A stretch of 61,799 nucleotides of DNA from Octopus sinensis (Eukaryota), in assembly GCF_006345805.1 (NCBI RefSeq), contig NW_021833106.1, forward strand, positions 1 through 61,799, in the 5' to 3' direction. The position numbers and the translations under genes were made by a program. Below the pieces are notes generated by a model. It was not told the origin of the DNA. It was given only the letters and a program-made list of their open reading frames with translations, and made no database searches. How positions within the stretch are numbered: the stretch's first letter is position 1; every line of letters starts with the position of its first letter. Below are positions 13,840 through 27,943 of the stretch, one piece after another.

Positions 13840-14487
13840 CATCATCATTCCCATCCTCATCATTCCCATCCTCCTCATTCCCATCCTCATCATTCCCATC
13901 ATCATCATTATCCTCGTTATCGCCATCGTTGTTGCCGCAATAATCGTAGCTGTCGTCGTCGTCATCGTCATCATCATTACCATCGTTACCACCACCAACA
14001 CCACCTCTATCACCACTACTATCACCACTACTATCAACACCACTATCACCACCATCACCACCATCACCACCATTACCACGTCAACCGCCTTCATCATTAT
14101 TGATATCATCATTATCATCATTGTCACCACCACAACCATTCTCCTCCTCCTCACCACCACCACCACCACCACCACCATCACCACTACCACCACCATCACC
14201 ACCACCGTTACCACGTCAACCGCCATCATCAGTACTGATGTCTTCATTATCATCATTGTCACCACCACAACCATCCTTCTCCTCCTCCTCCTCCTCACCA
14301 CTACTACCACCACCAACACCACCACTATCACCACCACCACCATCACCACCACCACCACCACCACCACCACCATCACCACTACCACCACCACCACCTCCAC
14401 CATTACCACGTCAACCGCCATCATCAGTATTGATGTCATCATTATCATCATTGTCACCACCACAACCATCCTCCTCCTCGTCCTCCT

Positions 14488-14518
<31 letters not shown>

Positions 14519-14535
14519 GTCATCATCATCATGAA
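13840..14535. repeat. (ACC/ATC/TCC) cryptic minisatellite with a higher-order unit
   Basis: TTACCACGTCAACCGCC..CATTATCATCATTGTCACCACCACAACCAT recurs at about 14073, 14207 and 14403. Confidence 0.85.
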
Positions 14536-14955
14536 TTACTTTGTCTTTGAATCGTCTACAAAACGAATGCCATTCACTCGTAGTGAATATCCCTGTCCAC
14601 GTTCTGATCGATGTCCCCTGGTTATGGATAATATGACAGAAAATATGATATAAAAGCATTTCTTGTTGCACATATCGAAAAATATTGAAATGGAAATTTT
14701 TATGTTAAAAAGTCTTTAAAATGAAAATCTAGCTAAATATGGCTTACACACTTCCCGCCAATCATTTCTCTCACCTGGATGTATCCTCAATAACAACTTC
14801 CAGATATTCCGGTTCAAATCTTCCGCCTCAGGTTCCATTAAAGACCTCAATAATTTCTTCCACTCTCCCAACGCCTACAGAACCAGCAATCCTTCAGCCG
14901 TGTCTCTTTCGAAACTGAGAACACTTCAACCCTTTCTGAACCAATCGCTCCCGGT

Positions 14956-15176
14956 GGAGACGCGTGGATTAGTGATGAGGATGTTGGGCTCATGATCGTA
15001 AGATTGGGGTTTCAAATCCTGGACTGGAGGACGTGTTGTGTTCTTGAGCGAAACACTTCATTTCATGTCGCTCCAGTTTACTCAGCTGGCAAAAATGATT
15101 AATCCTGCGACGGACCGGTGCCCTGTCCCGAGACGAATATATACGCAATGGAAACCGGGAAACCGGTCCTATGTAT
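14956..15176 (+). mobile_element. tRNA-derived SINE, family C
   Basis: Homologous to 17610-17855 and to 48126-48372 (minus). Confidence 0.8.
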
Positions 15177-16053
15177 CTATACTACTCGGAATGGCCCTTA
15201 TCCGGTTTATCCAATAGTTCTCGGTAACTTTAATACGCATAGTTTTTCTTGGCTCTCTCAGTGGTTGGTCAGTCTTTTTGGCCATTTGTCAGTGGTATTA
15301 CAGAGACTGTAACTTAACCACCTTTGCTGTGCCCGAGCTGTTTCCAGATGCAAGTACCTGGCCCATCTGCACTTTCCACTTCTTCGCTCATAGACACATC
15401 ACAAAGGAAATACAAGTCAATACGTTAGCAACATCCATGGAACCGTAGTGGATTCCAGTTATTGGTTAAGTATATCTGACTTTAATATAATTTCCCTCTG
15501 GAATTTTTGTGTTTATTCCCGAAGCCATTTTTAGATGCTCAATAAATTACCCTACAAGGTAGAAGGAGTTTAATGTTATAGAGGACATGGTTTCTTTAGA
15601 CTTGGTTCCATTCCCTCGGCCTTTAAACTTGTATTGCTCCGGATCAACAAGTGCTACGTGCAGAATAGTGATCAGGGTGCTGGATTTGTAAGGAGTTATC
15701 TCCTCTTAGGTGAGTAGTTATAAAGTTGAAAGTCATCATCTACCTTGGGTCCACTAGGGTGTTTCTGAGTGACCTTCTTGTGGAGGCAGTTCAGTGAGAT
15801 GCTAATTAACCTATAGTGGTGAGTAGTAGCACTTTTATAGGTGCTACTAATGCACGTCAGAGTAGATCTGGGAACAGTAGCGGCTAAGAGGCGACTCCAC
15901 GATCCCCAAAACTTGGGAACACCCGAACAAAGGCCGCACTACCAGATGATGAGTACAGCACCGACACGTTACCTATTGTTATCCGTAGATTTACTTCAGG
16001 AACTTCGCAGTGGCAGTTGGGGTAATAACATTATTTTATTAATACTATATATA

Positions 16054-16212
16054 TTCGACGGGCTTTGTTAGTTTCCGAACACCAAATCCACTTACAAGGT
16101 TTTGGTTGACTCGAGGCTACAGTAGGAGACACTTGTCCAAGGTGCCCTGCAGTGGAAATGACCCCAGAACCATGCACCTGAGTAGTAAACTTCTTATCAC
16201 ACGAGCCACACC
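16054..16212 (-). mobile_element. SINE family A 5' fragment, diverged
   Basis: Reverse-complement similarity to the family A head. Confidence 0.7.
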
Positions 16213-16298
16213 TTTGCAACAGGACTCTCTGAGAGAAAATGCTCCAGTAGCCGGAAACGTGTTAAACTATGCAAAGCGTCTGAGAAACGTAAAGAAAT

Positions 16299-16692
16299 GA
16301 AGGCAGCAAGCTGGCAGAAACGTTAGCACTCCGGGCGAAATGCTTAGCAGTATTTCGTCTGTCGCTACGTTCTTAGTTCAAATTCCGCCGAGGTCGACTA
16401 TGCCTTTCATCCTTTCGGGGGTCAATTAAATAAGTACCAGTTACGCACTGGGGTCGATATAAACGACTTAATCCGTTTGTCCTCTCTGTGGGTAGTAAAG
16501 AAATAGGTATTTGGTCTGCCGGTATTTCGTTCTGAGTTGAAATTCCGCTGAGGTCGATTTTGCCTGTCATCCTTTCGGGGTCGATAAATTAAGTACCAAT
16601 CACGCACTGGGGTCGATGTTATCGACTTAATCCCTTTGCCTATCCTTATTTATCCCCTCTATGTTTAGTCCCTTGTGGGCAATAAAGAAATA
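16299..16692 (+). mobile_element. SINE family B dimer inside one TSD pair
   Basis: A full unit plus a 5'-truncated second unit, flanked by AGAAA(C/T)GTAAAGAAAT at 16283-16298 and 16693-16708. Confidence 0.85.
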
Positions 16693-17609
16693 AGAAATGT
16701 AAAGAAATCTACCTATTTCCTGCTATAAATATTTTTAAAGCAAAATTTTATCATGGGTCCTCAGAATACTACTGTAGATTCCTAATTTATAATTTTGCTT
16801 GCTTAGACCCGCAACAATCTTATATGGACCCTCAGAGACCCATGTTAATAACCACTAGTCTAAGCTCATGAAGTTGTTACACTCTAACATTCATTATTAT
16901 CACCACAGACCAGAGACATGAGCATATAAATAAAAAAAAAACTGTGTTGTATTAAGATTTGTAAACGTTGATTGATTGAATTAAGAAATTCACTTCGCAA
17001 CAACGGGGTCCCTGATGTGATCTTACCGTGTGATAAATATAATTTGTTCTAAGATGCTGGCTGACACTCATTGATGCTACATTGAAGAGGCCAGAGAACA
17101 GAAGAAAGAAGAAGAAAAAAGACATGCACCCAACACCAGAGCTGAAGACAGCTCCGAAAAGGTGGGGCCCCGCTACGTCAAAACGGTAGAGGAATAGAGG
17201 CCGAAACCGGACGTGGTTCCTCCTGATGATGTCTTGAGCTAACTGGATCCTACAAAGGAGCTGTTGTGGTAGCACACCACGAAACACGGTTGGAATTCCT
17301 CCGCAACAACGAGGTCCTTGATTTGATCTTACCGTGTGGCAGATATAATTTGTTGTAAGATATGAATAAGGGAAGACGGAGAGCATTTAACAATGCGAAA
17401 AGCGAAAACTGAGTAACCTTTATATATTTCAGGTACGAAATTCATCATCAAAAGTGAACGGTTTCGAAACGTGAGTTTAAGCAGATCCTGCCATTTGATT
17501 GCCCTTTCGACAATCAAAATGACAACCGGCACTGGTTTGTTTACATCTCTGCAACTTTGCGGTTCGACAAAATACTGATTTACGAAGTAACCACACCGCT
17601 AAGCCCTAC

Positions 17610-17855
17610 TTTAGTGGTCAGGGTGTCAGCACCATGATTGTAAGATTGTGGTTTCGATTCCTAGACCGGGCGATGTGTTGTGTTCTTGAGCAAAACACTT
17701 CATTTCACGTTGCTCCAATCCACTCAGCTGGCAAAAATGAGTAACGCTGCGATGGACTAACGTCCCGTCCAGCTAGGGAACACATACGCCATGGAAACCG
17801 GGAAACCGGGCCCATGAGCCTGGCGAGGCTTTAAAAGGGCATATTTATTTATTTT
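17610..17855 (+). mobile_element. SINE family C
   Basis: A-box TTAGTGGTCAGG and B-box-like GGTTTCGATTCC; shares the 3' end GAAACCGGGCCCATGAGCCTGG with the 48126 copy. Confidence 0.85.
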
Positions 17856-17941
17856 TTTAAATACTGATACAAGTTAAAACATAACAGATCAGTGCATGAT
17901 TTACAGTGTATACGTTTATTATACGTGTATTAGTGGGGCGT

Positions 17942-17982
<41 letters not shown>

Positions 17983-18287
17983 TGACAGAAACAGCGGGTG
18001 AAAGATAGAGAGAGAGACCATGTATGTGTGCGTGTGTGTGTGTACATATGTGTGCGTGTGTGAGCGTGTATGCGTGTGTGTGCTTAAGTTAATAGAATTC
18101 TTAAAGAAATAGCAAGTCTGAGAAACAAGTATACATACGTTACCAGGTACGCTGTACTCGTCAGGAACACTGATACCGAGGAAATCTCTTAGCAAAGAAA
18201 ATTAAGGAAATAGTTCTCACGGTGCTGACATTCCAAAATTTGGCTTCTTGCAGATGAAAATGTAGATTTCAATTTTCGCTTTTTAAC

Positions 18288-18349
<62 letters not shown>

Positions 18350-18483
18350 CATGATGATGATAATGATGATGATTATGACGACAATAATAATAATATTAAT
18401 AATAATAATAACGTGCGTTTCTTTTTACGGGAAACTATGTAATTTTTCGGTTCGGTGATATTTCAAGAGAAGACTTAGTTCAA

Positions 18484-18527
<44 letters not shown>

Positions 18528-19146
18528 TATACATACATACATACAGACATACAAACATACATATATAGATACTTGTATATATTTATATGTACGCACATAA
18601 AAACAAATATTCGTGTATTGAGTACGCTTTCATTCATTTGTAGCCTAAATGTGTGCGTATGTGTGTATGTATATACATACATACGTATATATATATCTTG
18701 CCGCCATCTCTGTCAGATATGATGGATTCGTAATTACCATATATGTGGTGTATATAGACATACATATATGCATGTATGTATGTATGTATGTATGTATGTA
18801 TGTACGTATGTTTGAATGCATGTATGCATATGAGTATGGCTACCAGTACACATGACACATGATGTCTTACATACGCATAGATATTTTGTGTAAAATATAC
18901 ATGAAGATATATATCTCCGGATATATGTTTGTGTGCATATATATATATGGATATGTCCCTCAGTACTTGTATGTATCAAGGGAAACAGACAGGAAGAAAG
19001 AAATCATTCTGTGTGTGTGTGTGTTTACGAGAATCTTTGGAGAACATAAAAACGTCATGAAGTCAAAACATTAAGAAAAAGTGTGATATTTCACGGGTAA
19101 ATATGCGATTATCTCCTAACGCAAATTGTACAGAATTGTACTTGAT

Positions 19147-19545
19147 GCCTTGACGACGTTAGTGCTGAATCTCAGGTGTCTGAGTTCGAATCACGCCTGC
19201 AGCTCCCTCTTTTATCGTTATTCATTTATGCTGATATGAGAGTCTGCCTCGTTGACTTGACTGGTTGCTCGAAATAATAGGTAAATCTCTCTTAAATTTT
19301 TCCTCTATCGTTTTCCGAACCGAAGAACACATTGAGTAGTGTAGTCTGTTGTAGACTATTCTGGAATGGTGAGTGGCATGATTGCCACGACTGGTCTTTT
19401 ATCATAGGCCTTCTTGTCTAGAACTGGAAACTTTTGTTAAAGAAGAAGAAGAAGAAGAAGAAGAAGAAGAAGAAGAAGAAGAAGAAGAAAAAAGAAAGAA
19501 GAAGAAGAAGAAGAAGAAGAAGAAGAAGAAGAAGAAGAAGAAGAA
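19147..19545 (+). mobile_element. SINE family E with long (GAA)n tail
   Basis: Matches 7224-7520 in reverse; GAGTTCGAATC B-box. Confidence 0.8.
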
Positions 19546-20270
19546 GAGCAGCAACACGAATAATAATAACCCCTGCGTCGTGATTACTTCCTTCCACAAG
19601 CTCAGGTGGAACTTCTAAGATCATAGATGGCATTGTTACTTCTATGGAAAGATATCAAAACATTATACCTATATATATATATATATATATATATAAATTC
19701 AGCTGAATTCAGTTTTCCGCTGAATTTTTTCTTGAGAACAGATTCTTCGAGGAAAATGGCGATTTTGATGTTTATATCTAGCATATAGGCTGTCTACTTT
19801 TAGTCGTCAGTCCTCTAAATTTTGTATGTAAAAAAAAATTTTATCTTCGGATTTTTAAAAAATATGCTAGGCCACTGGTTTTAATTGATTATACAATTTC
19901 TAACCCTTCTTTAATTTTATATATATATATATATATATATTATAGTATGTAGAGGAAGAGAGAGAGAGAGGAGAGAGAGAGAGGCAGACAAACAGTCAGA
20001 CAGGCGGAGAGAGGGACCGAGACGAAAAGATTCAGAGAGAAAGAGGAGAGAAATACAGTAGTGTTGTTGTGGCTTTAATATAATTAAGTGCAGTCCTTGA
20101 CACACCTCACCACTCCGTCAATACCGCAGACGATTAAGTCAAGGACCTTACTTAGTGTATTAGACTTCATAGGGCTGTCTCTTTACATCATTACTGGTCT
20201 ATCTCCTATAACTAATTTATTAGAGAAGACAAAACAAAAACAAAAAGCATGCAAAAAACTGGCATATATA

Positions 20271-20503
20271 TATTTCTTTACTACCCATAAGGGGCTAAAC
20301 ACAGAGAGGACAAACAAGGACAGACAAAGGGATTAAGTCGATTACATCGACCCCAGTGCGCAACTGGTACTTAATTTATCCACCCCGAAAGGATGAAAGG
20401 CAAAGTCGACCTCGGCGGGATTTGAACTCAGAACGTAACGGCAGACGAAATACGGTCACGCATTTCGCCCGGCGTGCTAACGTTTCTGCCAGCTCGCCGC
20501 CTT
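20271..20503 (-). mobile_element. SINE family B, full length
   Basis: Reverse complement of 11135-11367. Confidence 0.92.
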
Positions 20504-21338
20504 GTAAGCACTAATATACATGTGTGTTTGCATGAGTGCGCAGATGTGTGTGGTGTGTCCCCAAAAATTGTATAGAGTACATACAAACGGAACATGCCAT
20601 ACTTAGAAAGTCACAAAATCTTTACCAGTAATAGTCAAAAGCATTGTAACAATTTCACGATGATAACTGATGAAGATTTAGCGACTTCTGTGTGTACCCG
20701 TATTTTCCGTTTGATCCGTTTGTTCGTACATTGACTCTCAGGGACTAATTCACTAATCCACCCCGACATCCGAAACTCGGAGTTTTATCATGGCTACCGA
20801 GTAATTGTCACATATTACATTCACAGATAAATTCCTCTATTTACGTAATATCGAGGTCTCTTTCATTCTTTTGTTGTCTTACCATTTCTATCAATATACC
20901 TTCGAAACACGGAGTAGACGAAACAGAGGCGGCTGAAGAAGGGGAATTTTCCTTGTGTTGTATGTCTTGTACTCTGTTTTTTCGTTGTTTAAAAAAATGT
21001 CCGTTTCCATGGTTTTGTTTTTATGTTTTCGTTTCTCATTGTGTTAGACGTTTTTTTGGTGTCCTGTTCCCATATATGCATGTATATATACATATAGATG
21101 TAGGTACGTACATATATGTATGTAGATATGCGTATGTTTTATTTATTATTTTGTTATATATATATATATACAGGCACTAATAGAGAATGACTCTCCAAAA
21201 ACACAATAGAATGTGCTTCAACACACGAATTCACAAAAATAATCTTGAAAACCAATTAAAAACTAAATACATATAAATCAATATATTTATTCATGCACAT
21301 ACATATACACAACACACATATACGGCCAGCCAACCCCC

Positions 21339-21411
<73 letters not shown>

Positions 21412-21418
21412 AATGATA

Positions 21419-21560
<142 letters not shown>

Positions 21561-21760
21561 CCTTTCGACTAAAGGCACAAGGCCTCAAATTTGGGGTGAG
21601 AGTGGCTAGTCGATTACATTGATCCCAGTGTTCCATTGGTACTTATTTCATCGACCCCGAAAGGATGAAAGGCAAAGTTGAGCTCGTCGGGATTTGAACT
21701 CAGAACGTAAAGATGGACGAAATGCCGTGATGCTAACGATTCTGCCAGCTCGTCGCCTTA
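21561..21760 (-). mobile_element. SINE family B variant (B2, different 3' tail)
   Basis: Family B head with an alternative tail ..CCTTGTGCCTTTAGTCGAAAGG followed by (ATT)n. Confidence 0.8.
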
Positions 21761-21796
21761 ACAACAACAACAACAACAACGACGACGTCGACGACG

Positions 21797-21846
<50 letters not shown>

Positions 21847-22340
21847 GATTTGCCTCCTTGGCACGGCCAGAATAATCAGGAAAGTATTAGATTGCTGAAA
21901 AGAATGGATAACATGGTACCGTAGGCTGCAGGTAGCAAGCCCGCTACCCATGTAAGACTCCAGGAGCTTCAACAAAACCTGTGATAAAGAGAAATAATAA
22001 TAAAAATATCATTTATTGGCCAGATGGGTCCCAAGAGATAGAGGACAATATCAACAACTATATTAATAATAACCCTCATCTGTCATTGTCCTACATTTCA
22101 TAACCACTTTAAATCAACACTTTGTAATAAATAAATAAACGAATAAATAAATGAATAAATAAATAGAAAAAAAAAATGTTATCAAGTATGAAAAGTAAGG
22201 TGAAATTGAACTTGCTATCTCCATATTTGAACGGTAATCTATCATATTTCGTAAAATGTTCGTCAAAGTGAATTCCCTGCTTGTAGCTGACATTCTTGTC
22301 AATACCAATATCACTATTGGTTACTCAGCAGCGTTGTCTC

Positions 22341-22375
<35 letters not shown>

Positions 22376-22734
22376 TGTTGTTGTTGTTGATGATGTTGTT
22401 GTTCTTGTTGTTGTTGCTTCTGTTGTTGGTGCCGCTGCCGTTGCTGTTGCTGTCGCTGGTGTTGTTTATGGTGGTGGTGGTGGTACCGTGATGGTGTTTG
22501 TGATGCTGGTGGTGGTGGCGAGATGGAGTAGGGGTTGGTGATCGTGGTGGTGATTGCGGTGTTGGCGAGTGTTGCGGTGGTAGTGGTAACATTGTAGTGG
22601 CGGTGATGGTTGTGGTAGTGTTGTGTGTGTATATGTGTGGGTAGGAAAGGGTATCTGTACGTGGGGAGGGGTTATGATGAGGGTGAAGAGGTAAATGATA
22701 AATGAATTTAACTGACTTTAATTAATTGATTAAA

Positions 22735-23470
22735 TTCTATGCTGGCTGGGTGGTTGGTCAACTGCTTGACTGGCTGGTTTGTTGGCTGGTTGGTTGGCTG
22801 ATTGGTTAGTTGGTTGGCTGGTTGGGTTGTTGTTGTTGCTTGGTTGGTTGGTCGCTTGCCTACTTGCTTGCTTGCTTGTTTGCTTGGCTAGTTGTTGGTT
22901 AGCTGGCTGATTGGCGGGTTGGTTGGTTGTTAGTTGATTAATTGGTTTATTGGTTGATTGGCTGGTTGGTTGACTGGTCAGTTAGATGGTTGGTTGATTG
23001 GTTGGTTGGTTGGTTGGTTGGTTGGTTGTTTGGATGGTCGGTTTGCTAGCTGGTTGGTTGGCTGGTTAGTTGATTGATTGGTTAGTTGGTTGGTTGGTGG
23101 GTCGGTCGGTCGGCTGGTTGGTGGTTTGTTGGTTAGTTGGTTGTTTGGCTGGTTGGTTGATTGGCTGGTTAGTAGGTTGATTAGTTGGTCAATTGGTTGA
23201 TTCGTCGGTCGGTCGGTCGGTCGGTTGGCTGGTTGTTTGATTAGTTGGTTGGTTATTTGGCTGGTTAGTTGGTTGGTTAGTTGGTCAACTAGCTGGTTGG
23301 GTGGTTGGCTCTTTGTTGGCTGATTGGCTGACTGGCTGGTTGGTCTGTTAGTTGGCTGGTTGGTCTGTTAGTTGGCTGATTGGCTGATTAATAGACTGGT
23401 TGGTTATTTTGGTTCGTTGCTCGTTTGGTTTGCTGGCTAGCTGGTTGTTTGGCTAGCTGGTGTTGGTCAC
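22735..23470. repeat. Degenerate (GGTT/GGCT/GATT)n tetranucleotide satellite
   Basis: About 730 bp of G/T-rich 4-mers on the plus strand. Confidence 0.9.
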
Positions 23471-25178
23471 CTATTTGGTTGACTCGTAGTTAAATTTGTG
23501 TAGCTGGGTCGTGGTATAAGAGGAACAACTGTTAACAGCAGTATAATTACCATCACCATCATTATAATTAATTTCATCACTATCATTGCCACCATCTTCA
23601 ATATTATCATCTCCACCATCGTCGTCATCGTCATCGTCGTCGCCGTCGTCGTAATCATTGCCACGTGGTTTCAGGTTCCGTCCAATAGTGCAACACCTTG
23701 GGCAAGTGTCTTTCTACTGCAGCTCCGAGTAGACCAATGTCTTGGGAGTGAATCCATCCCCACACCAATGTAACCAGAAAGAAGACAATAAAAGGAAAAA
23801 AAAAAGATTAAAAAATAATAGATGGGGAAAATAAATGGATTGGCACCAGGCAGACTGCTGCACGTTTCCACATGAAATCCATTAGGGAGATTCCATTAAG
23901 CCGACTAAGGGTGAGAGAAGGTTTTCGACTGTCCCCACCCGGCTACTTAAAATTTACGCAAGGTTATGTATCAAATTTCCGGTGGTTTGTTTCGCTTAGG
24001 ATATGTGGCTTTTGAATTGGTGGTGATGATGATAACGACGACGTTGATGTTGCGACTGCTGTGGCAGCTACTGGTGGTGGTGGTGGTGGTGGTGGTTATG
24101 ACGAAATCAAAACTACAGCGGGTTAGGAAGATTTTCGTGAAGTTAATCAACAGCGTTTGTATATATTGGTTTCAAATTTTGGCACAAGGCCAGTAAGTTC
24201 GCGGATAACTAAATAACATCGAACCCAGTACACAACTGGTAATTATTTTTACCCGCTCGCCACTTTACCAGCATTAGTACATATTATAAACATTTTCGGT
24301 TAGTTGGTTACACAAAGCAAAAATTCACACCTACCGTGCATAAGCCATCGACAACTTTCCTCCAATATACTCCACTCTGGGTTGTCTTTTCTGTCTTGCA
24401 CAAGTCTTGCTGGCTTTGAACTGTCATCGATGCTTCTGTAATTTTGTTTTTGCTTTTGTAGGTAGAGGTGTTGGCCCTGCACAATTCCATCTTTACTCCC
24501 GGAAGTAGTGGTCGAAATTAGTCTGGCCTTTATCCTTTAATGCTAAGCACGGGAGACCCTGCCCGGAGCTTACACTCCGTTGGCATAGTCTCAGTGTCAT
24601 TAAAACGGACAAGCCACGACACCACAAGAAGGACTGGACTTCCGCACCTGTCAATTGTTGCTTAGATGTTTCTCATATGCAGCCCCTGAAAACCTTCCGT
24701 ATCTGGAAAAATGGATTCAGTATCTGGAAAAATGGATTCCTTGTACTCAAGAACTCTAAATATTAATTTTGTCAGAGCTGACTGTTCATATCACGAATTT
24801 TTGGTTTGTGTAACCAACTAACCGAAAAGAGCCAGAAGAAAGACCGGCAATTTGAAGAGGTTTTTGTCTGGGTAGAAAACAAATTTCCTCTGTACGCGGC
24901 ATCCACCATACATTTCTGATCGCCATAGTTACTTTACAGAGAAAATGCTAAAAACCGTTCTCAACCGCCAGCACAACGTAATCACTGCCTTTTTGTTAGT
25001 CCCTTCCATTCAGTTGACTTGTTTCTCCCTTAACTTTCTCTTCATTGTTGCTACATTTCAGCTCAACCTGACAGATGCAACCCTACATTCCTTTTTATGA
25101 AATATCACCTATTATTAGGGATTACACTCTTATTACAGATTACTGACTTCAAATTGCCGGTCTTTCTTCTGGCTCTTT

Positions 25179-25325
25179 ATGTTCTGAGTTCAAATACGGC
25201 CGAGGTCGACTTTTCTTTTCACCCCTTCGGGGATCGATAAAATAAAGTACAAATCAAGCACTGAGTTCGACGTACTCGACTTGCTTACATCCTATAATTG
25301 TTGGCCTTGTGCCATATTTACAAAG
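25179..25325 (+). mobile_element. SINE family B2 fragment, 5'-truncated
   Basis: GTTCTGAGTTCAAAT..GAGGTCGAC..TTGTGCC. Confidence 0.75.
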
Positions 25326-25334
25326 GATTATAAT

Positions 25335-25686
25335 ATTACTTCCGCCTTAGCGAATTATGTTTTCAGTCGCGTTGTTTGGTTGTTTTCCGTGGACAAGATA
25401 TCTCAAGAACCGCTAAATGGATTCGGATGAAACTTCCAGAGATGTTTCACCTCGTGACTGACATGAACTGATTAGATTTTGGAAACGACCCGGTACCGGA
25501 CAAGGATTCTGGATTATTTTTCCAATTTTTTTTTTTACTACTTAATTTTTGAGAGCGATCGGGTCCATTTTTGGTATTTAGTACTTAGTGAGAGCAGTCG
25601 AGTTTATTTCAGATACTCTCATTTTAAAAATCGTCTCTGCTAACCGTTGCCTTGGCGGAGGTTTGCGCTCTCTGAGTGCTCTCGTT
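25335..25686 (+). mobile_element. Non-autonomous Helentron/HINE (DINE-1-like) element
   Basis: Subterminal inverted repeats ACTTCCGCCTTAG / CCTTGGCGGAGGT and 3' hairpin GCGCTCTCTGAGTGC, in T-rich flanks. Confidence 0.75.
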
Positions 25687-25752
25687 GTTATTGTTTTACT
25701 ACTGTTGTTGTGAAGTCGTAACATTCATTCATGTAAAGAAAATATTAACTAT

Positions 25753-26142
25753 CGCAGGAGTGGCTGTGTGGTAAGTTAAGTAGCTTGCTAACCAACCACA
25801 TGATTCCGGGTTCAGTCCCACTGCGTGGCATCTTGGGCAAGTGTCTTCTGCTATAGTCCGGGCCGACCAATGCCTTGTGAGTGATTTGGTAGACAGAAAC
25901 TGAAAGAAGCCTGTCGTATATATGTTATATATATGTGTGTATGTTTGTGTGTGTTTGTGCCCCTAGCATGCTTGACAACGATGCTGGTTGTGTTACGTAC
26001 TCCCGTCACTTAGCGGTTCGGCAAAATAGACCGATAGAATAGAATACTGGGCTTACAACGAATAAGTCCCGAAGTCGATTTGCTCGACTAAAGGCGGTGC
26101 TCCAGCATGGCCGCAGTCAAAAGAGTAAAAGAGTAAAAGAGT
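25753..26142 (+). mobile_element. SINE family A, full length
   Basis: Colinear with 29001-29406; (AAGAGTA)n tail. Confidence 0.9.
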
Positions 26143-26269
26143 ATCGTAATGATAAGGATATAGTGTCATAATAACAATGTTCTCAACCACTTTGTTATGA
26201 CACTATAGAAGGAAATATCCGAGGATCATGATGACAACATGAATGATAATAGTTGACTGTCACAGGAAT

Positions 26270-26407
26270 TTCGATGATGATGATGAAGACAGTGGTGATG
26301 GTGGTGGTGGTGGCGACGACGCTGGTACTGGTGGTGGTAGTGAAGTTGACAATATGGATGATCGTGAAAATAGCCATGGTGGAAGCAAAGACAAGGATGG
26401 TGATTAC

Positions 26408-26451
<44 letters not shown>

Positions 26452-26801
26452 CGACGACGACGAGGACGATGATGACGATGACGACAACTATGATGCTGCT
26501 GCTGATGATGATGATGATAATGACGACGACGATGATGATGATGATAATGATAATGACGACGATGATGATGATAATGATAATGACGACGATGATGATGATG
26601 ATGATAATGACGACGACGATGATGATTATGATGATGATAATGACGACTATGATGATGATGATGATGACAATGACGACGATGATGATGATGATGATGATAA
26701 TGACGATGATGATGATGATGATGATGATGATAATGATAATGACGACGACGATGATGATGATGATAATGATAATGACAACGATGATGATGATGATAATGAT
26801 A

Positions 26802-26860
<59 letters not shown>

Positions 26861-27038
26861 AATGACGACGACGACGACGACGACGACGATGATGATGATG
26901 ATGATGATGATGACGACGATGATGATGATGAATCAATTTAATTAAACCCATGCGTCATCGCATACCGTTCGTTTATGATGTTGTTGCTGATGTCAACATT
27001 AATGAAGATGATAATGATTATGATAAATATGATTACCG

Positions 27039-27077
<39 letters not shown>

Positions 27078-27201
27078 GGCGGAAGAAGACAAGATGGCAG
27101 AGGAGAAGGTGATCATGGAAATGATTATCAAGATGATGGGAATAATAATGATTATGATGATTAATGTAACAGTGAAGATGATGTTGATGATAGTGATGAC
27201 T

Positions 27202-27232
<31 letters not shown>

Positions 27233-27245
27233 CGACGACGACGAT
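26270..27245. repeat. (GAT/GAC/AAT)n trinucleotide array
   Basis: Directly visible; gives the poly-Asp, poly-His and poly-Met ORFs. Confidence 0.95.
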
Positions 27246-27512
27246 TGATTACAATTAGCTGTAATATTTTGCAAATAAATCACGCATCTTAACTCGATCA
27301 TGTGACAGCAAACTCTAACGCCGTCGTATTCATTATCATCATTATCACCAACGTCACCACCACCAACAACTGCGCCACCACCACTAGCATCACCACTACC
27401 ACAGCCACCTTCGTCGTCGTCATCGTCATCGTCATCATCACCACCACCACCGCTACTACTACCGGCACCATCGCCGCCAACACCGTAACCATCATCATCA
27501 TCCTCATCATCA

Positions 27513-27756
27513 TACTCTTCTACTTGTTTCAGTCATTTGACTGCGGCCATGCTGGAGCACCGCCTTTAGTCGAGCAAATCGACCCCAGGACTTATTCTTT
27601 GTAAGCCTAGTACGTATTCTATCGGTGTCTTTTGCCGAACCGTTAAGTTACGGGGACGTAAACACACGAGCATCGGTTGTCAAGCGATGTTGGAGGGGGA
27701 CAAACACAGACACACAAACATATGCACACACACACACACACACAAATATATATATA

Positions 27757-27787
<31 letters not shown>

Positions 27788-27943
27788 CATATATACGACG
27801 GGCTTCTTTCAGTTTCCGTCTACCAAATCCACTCACAAGGCTTTGGTCGGCCCGAAGCTATAGTAGAAGACCCTTGACCAAGGTGTCACGCAGTGGGACT
27901 GAACCCGGAACCATGTATTTGATAAGCAAGCAACTTACCACAC
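27513..27943 (-). mobile_element. SINE family A lacking its first ~15 nt
   Basis: Reverse complement of the family A consensus; the head abuts a GC-rich insert. Confidence 0.9.

Noticed and set aside
16830-16865. hAT-like right ends (also 55005-55035)
   Set aside because: No matching left TIR or TSD found.
20925-20960. CTGAAGA hammerhead-like start (also CTGACGA near 37989 and CTGATGA near 17223)
   Set aside because: No properly placed GAAA with pairing stems I and III.
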